Assembly: GCA_010015585.1 (NCBI GenBank)
Contig: ML975150.1
Reading direction: 5' to 3' (one strand)
DNA: 64,000 nucleotides
From: Eremomyces bilateralis CBS 781.70
Lineage: Eukaryota
Position 1 is the stretch's first letter. Each line of letters opens with the position of its first letter. The notes beneath the pieces were generated by a model, which was not told the DNA's origin, made no database searches, and saw only the letters and a program-made list of their open reading frames with translations. The translations under genes and the position numbers were made by a program. Shown in pieces: positions 1 through 13,126 of this stretch.

Positions 1-876
1 CGGAGTCGCTCCGTGCAGGGGGACGGTACGGTAGTCCGTCGACAGAATGAATCTGAATGTATTGTGACTGCAAATCAACGACACCTCACTCCCATCGCTG
101 ACGTACGTGCGATAATCTCATCATCCCCAGATCCAGTCATCACCAATTGCCGTCGTCCCATTGGCGGCATCGCAGGTCTCGGCTCCGCGTGGGGAGCTCC
201 ACCCCCCGAGAAGTCCGCGAGTGGATATCAGATGCTTCGGACTTTGGGTTCCGCGCTTGATCTCCACGGGCCGGGCGTGGTGCTCTAGATTACGTGGTCG
301 AAGCGGCTATGCCAGCGATGGTTGGGATGCGGTCGATTACTGTCTGAGTGGAGGAGCATACCCAGACGCATTCACTTCACCCTCGAAGCCGACCCGTGTT
401 GTGAAGTACGAATAATTCCATAGATACCCACCCGACCGCACGAAGGCCGGTCCATAGCGCAAAGCGACTACTGGTATGTACGCTAACGACTTAATCATAC
501 AATGCTCATCCATGCGAGAGAAAGTTACCCACGCCCGCTGAACGATCCCAAACGCATGCCGTGATAAAAATCCAAATAACCATAACTCCATGCCGGCCGT
601 CGCCGACCGAACGCCGTTTTGTCGATGCGCGATGCGTGGATGGAGGAAGGGGGTATCCAACGCAGAAGAAATAGGGATGCTGTGTCGCTAATATGAATGC
701 ATGCAATGCAGACGTGGAGGTTCGTCTCGTGTATTTTGGTTCTTGTGGGACCGTCAAACTTCGTTCAGGTCCATTAGGTGGGTGTATCAAGCTCGAAATG
801 AGCGTCGTGATCGAGGTGTGCATGCTGGACGTGGTCATAAAAGACGCGGAATGTGGAAAACAGGGTCGCAATGACC

Positions 877-3507
877 TTATGCTCCGTCTTCGTCGTCGTC
901 GTAGAAATCGTCGTCATCGTCGATCGTCTCCATGGCCTCTTTAATATATGCAGCAGCCTAGACGCTCAATCAGCACGATCCTAACAAAAACAGAAGCGTC
1001 CAGCTGAACATACCTTCGGATCCAAATTCAACGCGTTCGTGAAATACTTCACCGCCAGCGACCGCTCCCGTAACATCTTATACGTCCGCCCCAGCAAGAA
1101 ATGCACATTCGCCACATCCGGCGCGATGTCCTTTAACACCGTCAACTCCCCCAGCGCATCCTGCGGCCGCCCCAACGTCAGCAGTGCCCGCGCCCGGTTC
1201 AGCCGTGCGAACCGCGACAGGCTCGGCCGCGGGTCCAGATCGCAGGCGTGCGAATACTGCGTGAGCGCGGCGTGGATCTTCTTCATCTTCTGCAGGACGG
1301 TGCCGATGCGGACGGCGAGGACCGCGTTGGTCGGGTTGATCTGCGCGGCGGAGCGATAGTGTTTCTCGGCGACGTCGAATTTGCCTAAGCGCTCGTACAC
1401 GCGGCCGAGGCCGTACCAACCGTGGTAGTGGCGGTGATCGGCGGAGATGGCGCACCGGTAGGCGTGCTGGGCTTTGTCGAACTCTTCATTCTCGACGTGC
1501 TCGTGGCCTTGGAGGGTGTAGGCGTAGGCGAATTTGGGGTCGAGCTGCGTGGCACGCTTGAAGCATTTGACGGCCTGGTCGTGCTCGCGTTGGAGGGAGA
1601 AGGAGTTGCCAATGGCGCACCACGCTTGGGGGGAGAGACGGTCGGCGTCGATCAGCTCGTGGGAAAGGTAGGCGAGTTCGATCTCGTTCTTCTGGTGCCA
1701 GAGGACGGTGGAATAGATTTCCAGGTCTTCCATCCGGGAGGGTGCGATTTTTCTCATTCGAGAGAACGCATCTGCAGCTTCCGGGTACGACGTTCGTTCG
1801 TAATGAGCTTTGCCGATCTGTGCCAGTACCCAGCCAGTCTCCCGTTGAGAAGCAGGAAGGGAATTAAATATCTCAAGCGCCGCTTGGTTCTGGTAACGAG
1901 AGAGGTTGTAGTATCCTGATCCAAGTCGCAGCAGTAATTGCGAAATCCACTGGACGGCTTGCTCTTGCTCTTTCGCCGGATCAGGCTGTGGAGGGCCGGC
2001 TTTTCGATTCGTTGGGACAGTCGCTGTGCTCGGATGTCCAACGATTCGCGGCTCTTTTACCTCTCCCGTGCTGACTTCCATCGGCTTCCGGTTCCCACTG
2101 ACGACCCGTCCCACCGTCGATGTCGATCGACCTCTTGTACCGAGACCGGATATGGCCTTCATCTTTCGTAATTCGCGCTGCTCTTTGACTTGAACGTCTC
2201 GCACCGTGGTCGTCTTGCTTCTAGATGGCCCTGAAATTGTGTCGCGCGGCACGATGTCCCGTAATCGGTTGCTTCGTCGTGGCTGTTCCGTGGTGTTCAT
2301 AGGTGGAGGGATATGACCGGAATTCGTCCGCTTATGGGCTGTAGGCACGGCGATTCTCGATGACTCGGAGCTATCCGTGCTTTCGGAGGTGGTACTCTTC
2401 ACTTTCAGTCGACCATTCGCCGTCCGGATTTTCGGCGGGTCTAGCGTGGCTTCCGATATGAGTGTCTGGAACCTCGAAGGCTTCTTGAGGGGAGCTTGTG
2501 GGGGTTCGATTTCGTGTACTGACGAAGTGTCATCGGCCATCACGACATCCTCGTCCTGAAAACTTCCATTAGCCGGAGGCGTATCCCATTCGTTGACCTC
2601 TTTGTGGCTCGCCATGACGGGGATGCTGCCGTTGAGCCTTGAGAATAGGTTTGGTCCGCCATGATTTAACCCGGGATCCCCAGCAGTACGGATGGTCGGA
2701 TTGAAGGGGTCGTTGAAGGAGTTGAAGACCGAGGATTGCGAATTGTTAGATTGCGCTTGGAGGGGTAGATTCGGAGGCTGTGGGTTGGTGGTCCCATTCG
2801 CAAGGTTTGGGTTCGAGTTATTCAATTCCATCGATACCTTGAAGACATTTTCGGGCCTCAACTCAGCGCCTAGTCCAAATGTCAATATTATTCTGGTCTC
2901 AGCGATTTATCCACGTACCACAGTCGCACAAGTCCGTGAACGCATCCCACATAAATGCATTCAGCTTCAAAGCCTCCACATAGTACTCAATCGCTTTGTC
3001 GGTCTCGTCGTTCGCTCGACTTAGCTTTCCGAGCAGACACAGCACGGCCGCAGCATCTGGTAAATGCCTCCGAAGAGTATCGGAATGTTTGTCTAACAGA
3101 TATTAGCGTCTGTCATCGGCTAGCTCGACATGGTATCACTCACTCCAGTGATTCCTCCCACTCCACTGGGCTCTTGATCGCTCCAGCGCGTTTAGACCCT
3201 CCGAATACCTCTCCAGCGCAAAACACGCCTTAGCAAACACGTAGGCGCACCCCAAATGCGGCAGCCGACCCGAGAATACTCTATCCCGACTGGTTTCATA
3301 AGCCGCCTTCACCTCCCCTAACCTCAAGTGACACAGGGCCAGCAGGTGGGCGGAGTCACCTTTTGAGTCCTTCGTGTCCAGAGCATGCAGTCGACCGGCA
3401 AAGAATAAGGCGTTCTGTAGCATGTCATTATCGAGTTGGTAGTATATCAGCTGGCGCAACTGAGGGGCAGTGTAGGCGTTCGGTGAAGGCAATGTTGTCC
3501 CAGGCAT
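877..3507 (-). CDS. CDC27: Anaphase-promoting complex TPR subunit Cdc27/APC3 (BimA/Nuc2 family), ~824 aa; exons 3507-3144, 3092-2919, 2869-1014, 957-877
   Basis: N-terminal LRQLIYYQLDN..NALFFAGRL, exon 2 HLPDAAAVLCLLGKL..ALKLNAFMWDAF, and C-terminal TPR array (YSTVLWHQK, SPQAWCAIGNSFSLQREHDQAVKCFKRATQLDPKFAYAYTLQGHE). All three introns are GT..AG with branch sites and preserve frame; acidic tail ends at TAA 879-877. Confidence 0.95.
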
Positions 3508-4521
3508 GGTGTTGTCCGGGAGAGACGGCGTCTCCTCGATCGGTATTATGAGCAGATGGGATCGAGCCGAGCTCGGACAGAATATGCGAGGAAGAAGCGC
3601 ATCAAGACATATGGAAGATTTCGACTCGGATGGTAAAGATCGGGATCATATCAATCGTGAGTTCCTGGGGAGGGTATGGAGAAGGCAACGGTGAGGGGAC
3701 AACAATGACTTCAGAAAGCGCTAGAAGCAAGGTTGGAGATGAAGTCAGAAACGAAGTTGAAGATAAAGATGCATCGTCCAAAGAGGATGGAAGTATTCAA
3801 GAGAGTCAGATGGAGGTTCTTCCAGGATCGGGGCGGGGAAGGCACGACTGAGGGACGGTTGCCGTTTCGTGGTGGTTGTTGTCGAATCTATCGCGATGTT
3901 GTGGTGGTGGAACTGCCTGGTGCTTCTCGTTGTGAGGAGCCAATAATGTCAACCAATAGCGAACAGAAGAACCGAACCACCGACCCATGGCAGCAACCAG
4001 GGGTCCAGGGCATTGAGGGTAGGCACCTCCCGGTCGTTGCTTCCCCATCGGCTTGTTCCGTCGTGCAGAGCCTCCTCTCTCCTCCTCCATCTCCATCTCT
4101 GTTCTCCATCGCTGTTCTCCATCGGGGTCCTCTGCTTCAATACACGTTCACGTTCACATTCACTTCATCACATAAACGCGACAGGATCGTTTTCAAATAT
4201 AGAGTCAATTTCAACTGCCATTACTACCAACTTGGAATTCCATTCGCTTGCTTCGGATTGTATTTCGTCCACCATATCCTCTCCATAATGCTAAATGAAT
4301 AGCTAACTATCTATACGCCTCAGTTTCTATGCATTCGCTGCAAAAGTGTCCAATCTAGTCAACTCCTATAATGCTTGGTATACTAATATCATCCTCAATC
4401 AAACCTGAACTCCATCCATGCGGGTTAACATGCTAAGGAACCCGTGTCTGTATGCTACAGAATGAAATCTTCGGCCTACTCCGCTTCCCAACGCGCATTT
4501 CTTTTCCTGTTTCCCTTCCTT

Positions 4522-5163
4522 TCAAAGTCGAGCTCGTTCTGTTATGTCTGGTCGCGTGTCGAATACATCCTGGACCGCCTCAACCCGGCCATCGGCCCCT
4601 TCGTCTTCTTCATCTACGGTGAACAGATCCATGCTCGGCTCTTGCCAAGAGTGTCGGTTCTGCACATGGATCCGGCTACCTCGCCTACCACTCCGCCTCG
4701 TCGCCTCTCGTGCCCTCGCGACGACCGCCTGCGCATGCCCGAGTGTGGGTTCCGGCGCAGCGATGATGGCGATCGACGGCACGACCACGGCACTGTCTGC
4801 CTTCGAGACCGCAGCGTTCTCCGTCCCCGCGGCCGACTTCTCCGCACCAGCGTCCTGCTTCGGTCGGTGGTAGATCTCATGCAGCGAGCCGTGGTTGCCC
4901 GCCACGTATCGTGCCCAGCGTCGAGCCAGGGAGGTTCGGAGCCGTGTAGAGTTCGAGTGGAAACCGTGTTGCTCGGACGGGAGGATCCCGGCGCTCATGG
5001 CGAGGGGGTCTTCGTCCTCGGCGAGGGTAATAAAGTGCGCGAAAGGATCCTCGTTGATGTCGGGGAGGTGGTCCTGTGGCGGTTGATGAGGGTGAGTGAG
5101 ACTCTCTCGGGGGAGCAAAGGGGGCCAGGAAAACGTGCGGCGGTGCTTCCGATCGTGATGCAT
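4522..5163 (-). CDS. Hypothetical fungal protein, ~213 aa (start MHHDRKHRRTFSWPP; upstream ATGs at 5388 or earlier possible)
   Basis: GC-rich, codon-biased ORF with conserved-looking motifs (DINEDPFAHFIT, RHSWQEPSMDLFTVDEE). No domain recognised. Confidence 0.65.
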   Translation of the reverse strand: MHHDRKHRRTFSWPPLLPRESLTHPHQPPQDHLPDINEDPFAHFITLAEDEDPLAMSAGILPSEQHGFHSNSTRLRTSLARRWARYVAGNHGSLHEIYHRPKQDAGAEKSAAGTENAAVSKADSAVVVPSIAIIAAPEPTLGHAQAVVARAREATRRSGRRGSRIHVQNRHSWQEPSMDLFTVDEEDEGADGRVEAVQDVFDTRPDITERARL

Positions 5164-7768
5164 CTTGAACGATGTGGATAGCGGACTTCGAGCTGCAAAC
5201 GACGGTTTGGAACGGATAAGGATATTGCCTGGAAAAGTACGATTCTCAGAACTATTAAAAGACCCGGCCTGAGGCCGGCCGATGAGCGCGCTCGACGAAG
5301 TAACGACGGAAATCTGCAACGCAATGGGCTCAGTAACGACTGGTGATGGCCAGGAAGGAAAATCGGGAACAGATTTGGGGGCGAGCATGGCGGATTTATA
5401 TGTATGCATGACCCTAACGATGCAGACGTCAGAGCCGCGTGCAAGACCTATTCGTCCCTTAAGGCGGAGCACGCGCAACGGGTTGCGACATCTCCACCTT
5501 TTATGAATCACTCCAGGCGGACGCACGTGTGCTGCCTATCACGGGTGGCTTGGCCGACCCGCCCAACTTGTCGACCACGCAGCGGGACTACTCGCTTGCT
5601 CCATTTGGAGAATGGGCTGCTGGAAACATCGGCCTCCTGCAGATATATCGGACCACACTCGGTGTGCACGCCGATTGCTTAGACAGGATTCCTCAGCCCT
5701 AGTGTTGGGCGGAAGTATGCGGGACCCAATAGGTTGCACGCCACCCTGATTGAATTATCAGAAGGGGATGGGATGAAGGTGTAAGATGGACGGATTGGGA
5801 CGAGATGATGGTCATCTCGTTTGACCTTTCCACTCATACACCATAATACATCCCGAAGTAGGCAGTGCTGGGGCGTATTCGTCCCTTCTATGGAGCCTCA
5901 TTAGGAGTCTCAAATCGTCTCACGGGAACGGCACGTCATAGGTACAGGGAAGTCCCAGCATCTCGAAATCCGACTCGTCCAAAATAACTCCCTTTCTCCC
6001 TTCTACATCAGAATCCATCATTTCACCCTCCCCATGTTTCCAAGACGCGATGATCCCATGATACCGCTAGATTTGTCGCGACGGCTGATCACTCGACCCT
6101 GACCCCCTGCGGCCCTCCCACACCACAGCCGATATGCGGACGCCGCTGCGGGTCGGATTGGGTCGTCTGAGAGGTCGCGGTCGCCGACAGATGAGACAGT
6201 TGACGTTGGCTTTCCAGGTCGTGTGCGTAAAATGACTAATATGCAGGTTCAGGCTCCAATTCCATTTGCCTCGCTATGGGAATTGGATTCCATGGTTGGG
6301 TTGGGTGTTCAGGCGCATGGAGGGGGAGGATGCAGTGCATGCCGCCCTTGCAGATGACTAGCGTCCTGCGTCGGATCCAGGTTGCCGTCCTGATTTCAGT
6401 TTCGATTGTCTTGGAAACGCTGGAGGCTAGGCCATTTGCAATAATATATAATGACCTAGAATGCGATTATGATTATGATATTGGACGTTCTAGTGCCTGC
6501 CGCTGCAATGACGATATGCTTATTCCGCAACACCACCTTCAATATAGATTTGTCTGTCCTTGAGCCCCCCACCCTTCATGCGAACTCCTGCAGTCTCACC
6601 CAACATCACTATTGACCAACACTACACCGCAATACCGTACATCGTCCAGGGTTCTGCCCTTTAGCACGCCATCTCCCTTTCTTGCTCAGGATCTGCGTGT
6701 CACAAGATGCATCTAGCTCGACAATTCATGCATTATCAATCACCACAATCGGACATTGTCGACTCGGTGGTGCTTTGGAGAGCATACCGTCCGCAAACCC
6801 GTCTCGCGATCCGGAAAAGCCGATAAGGGGTTGCTGGTGGTCTCGTCGTTCTGCATGATTCAAGCCGCGGCGCTGACTTCAGGTATGGAGGATCTATTGG
6901 TGTTCGCATTGCTATTGTCACTTGTCGGAAGGAGAAGAGTTCGTCTCCCAGCAGGTAGTCCAGTCCACTCCGTGTCGTGGCCGTGAGGAAGCTCGGGTCC
7001 GGAAGATCCGAAACCTGATGTGGAGGGCGGGCAGATGTTGCAATCCATCAAGCGACGAGATAACAATCAGGTAAGCCATCGTAAATTCGTAATAGAGACT
7101 CGAAAAGAAAATATGACTAGATCCACAACGCAGATGGTTCGGGACAGTTAACGCAGGGGCCAACTCTGGGGTTCCAGAGGGTAGCATCGCAATAGTCCTA
7201 GGGAGCAGTCAAATTCAAGATATTAATACGCTATCAAAACGCTGTGGATTTTAGCACGCGTTGCACATCAGTAAAATCATACTTCGTAAATAACTCTAGT
7301 TAAATAATGAGATTTTCTGTTAAAATTGAAAGTTGAATGATTGGTGAACTGATGGAGACCGTGAGATCGGGGGATAATCGATTTACGTTGCCGCGGCAGT
7401 GCGGGTGTAAACAAACCGCGTCATAGCGTCCACCCAACCTCTCGACTTTCACCAGCCTCCGCCATGAGAGCAATATCAACCACCGTTGACATCAAGAATA
7501 TCCAGACCTGCAGTCACTCTCATAATCTTCCAAGTACAAGAACTTACTTTCATCTTTCAAAATCCTCACGTTCTCTAAATTCATCTCCCTAGCACCCAGT
7601 TTTTGGTATTGTGCCCTCTCACCCCTCTCACATCCACACCTACGACTCTACGACTCTCCTGAACCAAGGCCACATTTGGATTCCTCAGGTTGTGAGCCTA
7701 ACGGCTCCAGCTATCACTTCCCTCCTTTTCGAAAGGTGTAAAAAGGCCATTGGAAGAAAACATTCATC

Positions 7769-8752
7769 ATGGCGCCCCTCAGCTCCATGATCACTACCCT
7801 CCTTCGACGCTCTCAATTCGACGGAGCCAACTTCGAACTCTCTCCCATGGCAGTCCACGATCTCTCCATCCGCGATGACCCCAACCCTAATGGCGAAGTC
7901 CATTTCGGCGTCGGCGCCACCCCAGCCCACACTTTCAACAACCAAGGCTTCCTCGCTCTCTTCGCCATCCTCGGCACTGGCATGGCCCTCGTGGCGATCT
8001 GGTTCTTCTTCTGGGCGAAGAACGGCGGCTTTAAATGGCACAAAGACGACTGGGACGACTACAAGTCCACCGTCCTCCGCCGCAAGGGCCCCGATGGCAA
8101 AACCCTCTCCAACGCCACCAAGAGCACCAACCTCGGCGGCGGCAGCATCGTCGCGCCCCCGAAAACCGTCTACACCGACGACTCCGCCAGCTCCGCCATG
8201 ACCGACGACCGCGACGTTGAGCGCGGCGACTACGCCCACGAAGGCCACCGCGCCACCCGTGATCCCGAGCTCGCCCACTATCGAAGCGAGCGGCCCGCCC
8301 GCGTCGGCGGCATGAATCGGAACTACGACGGCAGCCACTGGGACTCCTCCAACACGGACCGCTCGGCCGTCTCGTCCGACCGACAGGAGCGCACGTCCGA
8401 CCGAGCGGAGCGCAAGGCGCGACGGGCGCGCCGGCGAGAGGAGCGCGAGCGCGACGAGGCGAGGCATAGCAGGCAGCCGAGGGAGCAGCCGGAGATGGAG
8501 ATGGCGAGCTCGTACTATCAGTCGTATCGACCGAGTCAGCCGCCGAGTTATCAGGACGACACCGACTCGGGGACGAAGAGCTACCCGTGCAAGATCCCAG
8601 GGCTGTCAAGGGTGGAGGATGATATCGCGCCGAGTGAGAGCGTGAGCAATATTGGCATGGGGCCGAAAAGGGCGGGGCCGGGGCAGGGCGCGAGTGGGTT
8701 CAGGCGAGGTGGGGGGATGAGGGTGGTGCATGATGAGGAGGATGGGTTCTAA
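7769..8752 (+). CDS. Single-pass membrane protein with disordered cytoplasmic tail, 327 aa (conserved fungal family; function unknown)
   Basis: Intronless ORF with good start context (ATC ATG G). One TM helix GFLALFAILGTGMALVAIWFFFW followed by KNGGFKW..DWDDYKSTVLRRKGPDGKTLSNATKST. Confidence 0.85.
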   Translation: MAPLSSMITTLLRRSQFDGANFELSPMAVHDLSIRDDPNPNGEVHFGVGATPAHTFNNQGFLALFAILGTGMALVAIWFFFWAKNGGFKWHKDDWDDYKSTVLRRKGPDGKTLSNATKSTNLGGGSIVAPPKTVYTDDSASSAMTDDRDVERGDYAHEGHRATRDPELAHYRSERPARVGGMNRNYDGSHWDSSNTDRSAVSSDRQERTSDRAERKARRARRREERERDEARHSRQPREQPEMEMASSYYQSYRPSQPPSYQDDTDSGTKSYPCKIPGLSRVEDDIAPSESVSNIGMGPKRAGPGQGASGFRRGGGMRVVHDEEDGF

Positions 8753-9397
8753 TGGATATCGGACACCGCATGATAACGAAGCGATCGGACCGTTTAGTAT
8801 TTGGCATTCACTGGCGTTGATTGATGGATTGGAAGCCGACTGTCGGCGTGATTATGGAGGTATCCCGGACCCTATGATTGTAGGGACAACGAGGTCGATG
8901 GCAAATTGGTTGATGATGGAAGAAACCCTGCAGTCATTGCGATGCGATAGACATGCGGTTAAGCTGTAGATAGTTCACAACAAATTCTGTAGCATACAAT
9001 AACATTGAATGTAGAAAAACACATCCCGTACGCCCTATGCTCCTAGGTATCCCCAAGCTAATTGCAACCGAAATACTACCAAGACCCGATCCAAACTCCC
9101 AAGAACCAGAGGTGGCAACTCCACGCGTTGAACTCTCGATGACTTCCATCAACAAAAGAGGTTTTCTCATCGCAGTTCCCAAGGAAAATGTTCTAATCCT
9201 GTTGTCAGTCCATATCCGTTGCGCGAGCCAAAAATTGGAGTACTTACCGGTTCCGGCCATCGATTGGGATTGACGATGTACGAGATGGCTGGCCCCGAAC
9301 GCGCTGAAGAAGGTTGATGCCCATCGTCCGGTCTGCTCATCAGCGCCTTTCCAAATCCTGGATGTTACAGAGGAGATGGGTCTTGCACCTACTCGAA

Positions 9398-10013
9398 CTA
9401 AACCAGGACACTACTCAAATGATCAAGCCCCAGAGGAGGAACATCGACATATCCGGCGACGAAGATCGTCGGGGTTCTGTTCAACCGTTAGTTTCTCCTT
9501 TCGGGCATCCAAGGCGTCATGAACCGTACTTCTCGGTGCTGCCACCGTCTTCTGCGTCGCCGCCTACTTCTACTTCGCCACCTGCTTCTACTTCGCCGAT
9601 GGCATCTTTTTAGATTTTGGTCGGCCATCGGGCTTAGAGTTGGAATACATCCAACCACGGCCCCGTCTCGCTCGTGTGCACCACCTCCATGCCCTCTTCA
9701 GAGAAGAGCCCTTGCCTCCCTCTTGCTCCTGCTGAGTATCAACTCCCTCTGATCTCGTCGCCACCTCTTGTTCCTGGTGACGAGGGACCCTCTCCAGACT
9801 TGACATCAGCGCGAGATCCTGCTGGCGCTGGGCTCGCTCCCATCTCCTCAGCTCGTGTTTCTGCTGGCCACAGACTTCTTCTAGTTTTCTCGTTAGCTCT
9901 GGGGCTTCAATAGGTTGAGAGTCCGTTGCGCTGTACGGCGGTGGGGGTGGGTCCATGGGCTCAACTGCTGTCAAGTCAAACATGGTGGCACTGAAGTGAC
10001 TGGTATCAGGCAT
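9398..10013 (-). CDS. Orphan protein with PPPPY (PY) motif; either unspliced 10013-9588 (141 aa) or spliced 10013-9656, 9605-9530, 9476-9398
   Basis: ORF MPDTSHF..DPPPPPYSA..; canonical 53-nt intron 9529-9477 (GTACGG..ACTAAC..CAG) downstream. The first putative intron has a weak donor (GTTGGA). Confidence 0.45.
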
Positions 10014-10984
10014 ATTGCAGAGTGTACTGGGTTCGATCTGCGAGCAGCTGACAAGTCAAGAATTATTTGAAGAGGGGGTGTAAATGGCAGGAGACGAGAC
10101 TTGTCTTTGAACATTGTTCTTCTCTTTTAGTACTTCTGGTTTTCGACTCATTATATCTCTTGATTTGGTACTGTACCGTGGATTGTGGGATTGTTGCGAA
10201 CCTCATTCCAAGGTAGGATCCCATCAACCGTACCAGATGCGTCAACAAGGTATCACGAGGACAAAATATTTCCTATTATTATAAAATCAAATATTTTGAC
10301 TGGCTAACGGTAATGGTATCCCAGAATTTGGCTGACAACCGCCCAACGCCAAAGCGTCGAACTGGATCAGCCCTGAGCCCTCACTCAGCCCTACGACATT
10401 CTTGTCAAAAACACTACAAGGGGTTACAACAATCCCCACGCTGAATCTTGCTTTCCAAATTCTAAGCACTTCCCATGAAGCATAGCACTATGTCTACGTG
10501 ATGGATAATAATACCTGACTACTATCCTGAACGATGAAGGGCAGGAGGGGCCAAGGAATGAATTATGAAACGGCCTTGCCGTCAGCGGGGCACAGCTATG
10601 TCTAGCGAAGATATTAACCACCATCGTTATTTATGGCACTGGTCATATGCTGCTTGTGGAGGATTGGTAATATACGTGGATTGCCGGGGGACTTAGATGT
10701 TGATGATAAGAGTCCGAGATCTTGATATATCCCGGGCCACCCCAGCGCTCATTCATGTGGAGGACTATCATGTGCTAGGAAATAGTGATGAATACGAACG
10801 AATGGCTTTTATTCATCATGAGCCTTCTACTGATTTTTTAAAACATCCCTTTCCTCCTTTCATTTCCTTCTTTGTGTTCTTCTCTGGCATAAAGTCAAAG
10901 CAACGAGCTTAACCTCCTTGGATACCAGCGTACTCATCCACAAATCAGTCAAGACTTCATCAATATTGATAGCTCCGCGTCAAC

Positions 10985-11796
10985 ATGCTCGCCCTCCCGC
11001 TCTTTGTCCTTCCTCTGCTCATCAGTGTGGCGTTTGTCGCATTGGGCAGTGTCACCACTGATCCCTCTCGCCGAGGCGTGACCCTCCACGAGATGCCTGA
11101 CAACTTCACAGTTGTCCCCGCAGAGTGAGTTCGATCCCAAATCTCATTGTCTTTAAGGTAAACTAACATTGTGCAGATGGACCGGGCAGATCTTCAAGAA
11201 CGGCCCCGAGGTCACTCTGTTCGGCGACACTACCTCTGACATATTTGACTACATTGAAGAGCAAAACCCAGAATACGACGTTCACTTCCCAGTCTCGACG
11301 AGGGAGAAGACGCCCGATGGCCCTCCTGGCTATAATCCCGATGGTCCATGGGTATGTCGAATAGTCCTTGCGTATCCGTAGTCTGAGATCTGTGCTAATC
11401 AACCTCTCTCAGCTTGTCGGAGAACTCGTGAAGTGTCCCGAGAAGTCGGGCGGTCCCAGCACTCCCGAGTGCCCAGGCTCCTTGTGCGGCCAAGGATTTG
11501 CGCGGGCATTCGCTATCGAAGAGGGCATCAAGTACCTGAAAAGCAAGCGCTATCATGCCTGGCACGGGCCCCACTCCTATGGTCAATGCCATCGCTTGAC
11601 CTGCTCCTGGAACTCGGCCATCTACTTCTGCAACAACAAGGACGAGCCCCAGTTGGTTCCGTGGTCTGAGATTGGGGGTCTCGCCGATCAGACTCTGCAG
11701 TTATGTCGACAGGGAGACAAGGTTCGGGGAACGCACTTGCAGCCACATTGGCTCTATGCAGTGAGAATCAATGCGAATCAAGGCCCTGGTTGCTGA
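10985..11796 (+). CDS. Small secreted cysteine-rich protein, paralog A, ~232 aa; exons 10985-11124, 11177-11351, 11413-11796
   Basis: Signal peptide MLALPLFVLPLLISVAFVALG; WTGQIFKNGPEVTLFG; C-terminal domain GIKYL..CHRLTCSWNSAIYFCNN. Introns GTGAGT..CTAAC..CAG and GTATGT..CTAAT..CAG keep frame. Confidence 0.88.
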
Positions 11797-12159
11797 AGGG
11801 TAAATATGAGGAGGACATAGGGATATGGAAAATGAACCCGGTTGCTAAAGGGTGGATATGGGGAGAGAGGGATATTGGAATTAGACTCGATGCAGCAGAT
11901 CCATAGATGGACGACTCCATGCTTAAAATTCATTCACATTCTAGCCAGGTCCCATGTGATCGTCAGGGCCTGGAAGCCAATGGCTATTTCAGTAAATCCG
12001 GAAGATTTAAGCAAACTGCCGCGACCAAGTTTGCCTCTAACCTTTTCAATCCGATATCGCCTCAAAAGCTTTCAGACAGATAACACGGAATCTCATTCTT
12101 TTTTCAAATCGAACCCTAATAATATGCCTTATCAGATCAAATTGGGACATCTATTCAAT

Positions 12160-13126
12160 ATGCTTGCATTTATCACCTTACTTTTGGGCCTCCTTGGGAG
12201 TTCGGTCTTCGCTGCCGCAATACACCGTGTCAATAGTGTCACCAGTGATCCTTCTCGTGGCGGCAAGGTCATCCATGAGCTGTCCGAGAAGTACGTTGTA
12301 ATTCCCGCAATGTGAGTCCGCTAGATCTAGGTCATCCGTGCTTGACTCATTTCAGTCAGGTGGAAGGGACAGATCTACAAGGACGGGCCGGAGGTCACGC
12401 TCTACGGGGACTCATTGACGCAAATCATCGAGTATGTTGAGCTGAAGAATCCCAACTACAGCACCGACTTTCCCCCGGGCAAAGACTACTCCCCGGGCAA
12501 AGACTTTCCCCCAGGGACGGACTTCCCCACAGGCACCGACTTCCCCGACAAGGTTACACCAGCAATCGCTCTAGAGGGCCAGCCTGGTCGTACCGAGGAT
12601 AGCGCAGATGTATGTAGGCCGTCCCACTTCTTTGAACCACGTTCTCAAATCTGCTGTTGGAATCATTCGGCCCTGATCACGTCTGCTAACTTCAATCCGT
12701 AAGGATCCCACTAATGATACAGCTATCGTCTGTGGGGGCCGCACGCAGATGTCCCAGGAGGTCACTGTACCTACAAACGGTCCTTGTCCTTGGGTCCTCT
12801 GCGGTTTACCATGGGCTGAAGTCGGGCCCATCAAGGACGGCATAGACTACATGAAAGATAAATTGAAAAGCAATGTGGTGTACATGGAGACTGGGACGAA
12901 GGGGCAATGCTTTCGAGCCACTTGTTCATACGATTCGGCTATCTATATCTGCACGGAAAAGGACACTTCTCAAAGTGTCCCTTACACCGTGATCGCTGGA
13001 ATGGCAGAGCTGATACTCACAAGGTGCGCCATTGGTAGTTCTACAGGCATAGTTAAAGGCACGAACTTTGATCTGTCAGGGGCTTTTGGGGTGCGAGTTC
13101 ACCGTAATCTAGGACCCTATTGTTGA
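12160..13126 (+). CDS. Small secreted cysteine-rich protein, paralog B, ~274 aa; exons 12160-12311, 12360-12609, 12704-13126
   Basis: Signal peptide MLAFITLLLGLLGSSVFAAA; WKGQIYKDGPEVTLYG; GIDYM..CFRATCSYDSAIYICTE. Same intron phases and equivalent positions as paralog A; both end in GPxC. Confidence 0.88.
12466..12549 (+). repeat. Coding 18-bp tandem repeat (DFPPGK/DYSPGK/DFPPGT/DFPTGT/DFPD)
   Basis: GAC TTT CCC CCG GGC AAA-like units repeated about 4.7 times. Confidence 0.9.

Noticed and set aside
1..870. Short ORFs at the window start
   Set aside because: No coherent coding signal; likely the CDC27 3' region and intergenic DNA.
7407..7415. Forkhead site GTAAACAAA upstream of the 7769 gene (likewise CACGTT at 46059 upstream of PHO8)
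   Set aside because: Single short motifs; plausible but not distinguishable from chance without conservation data.
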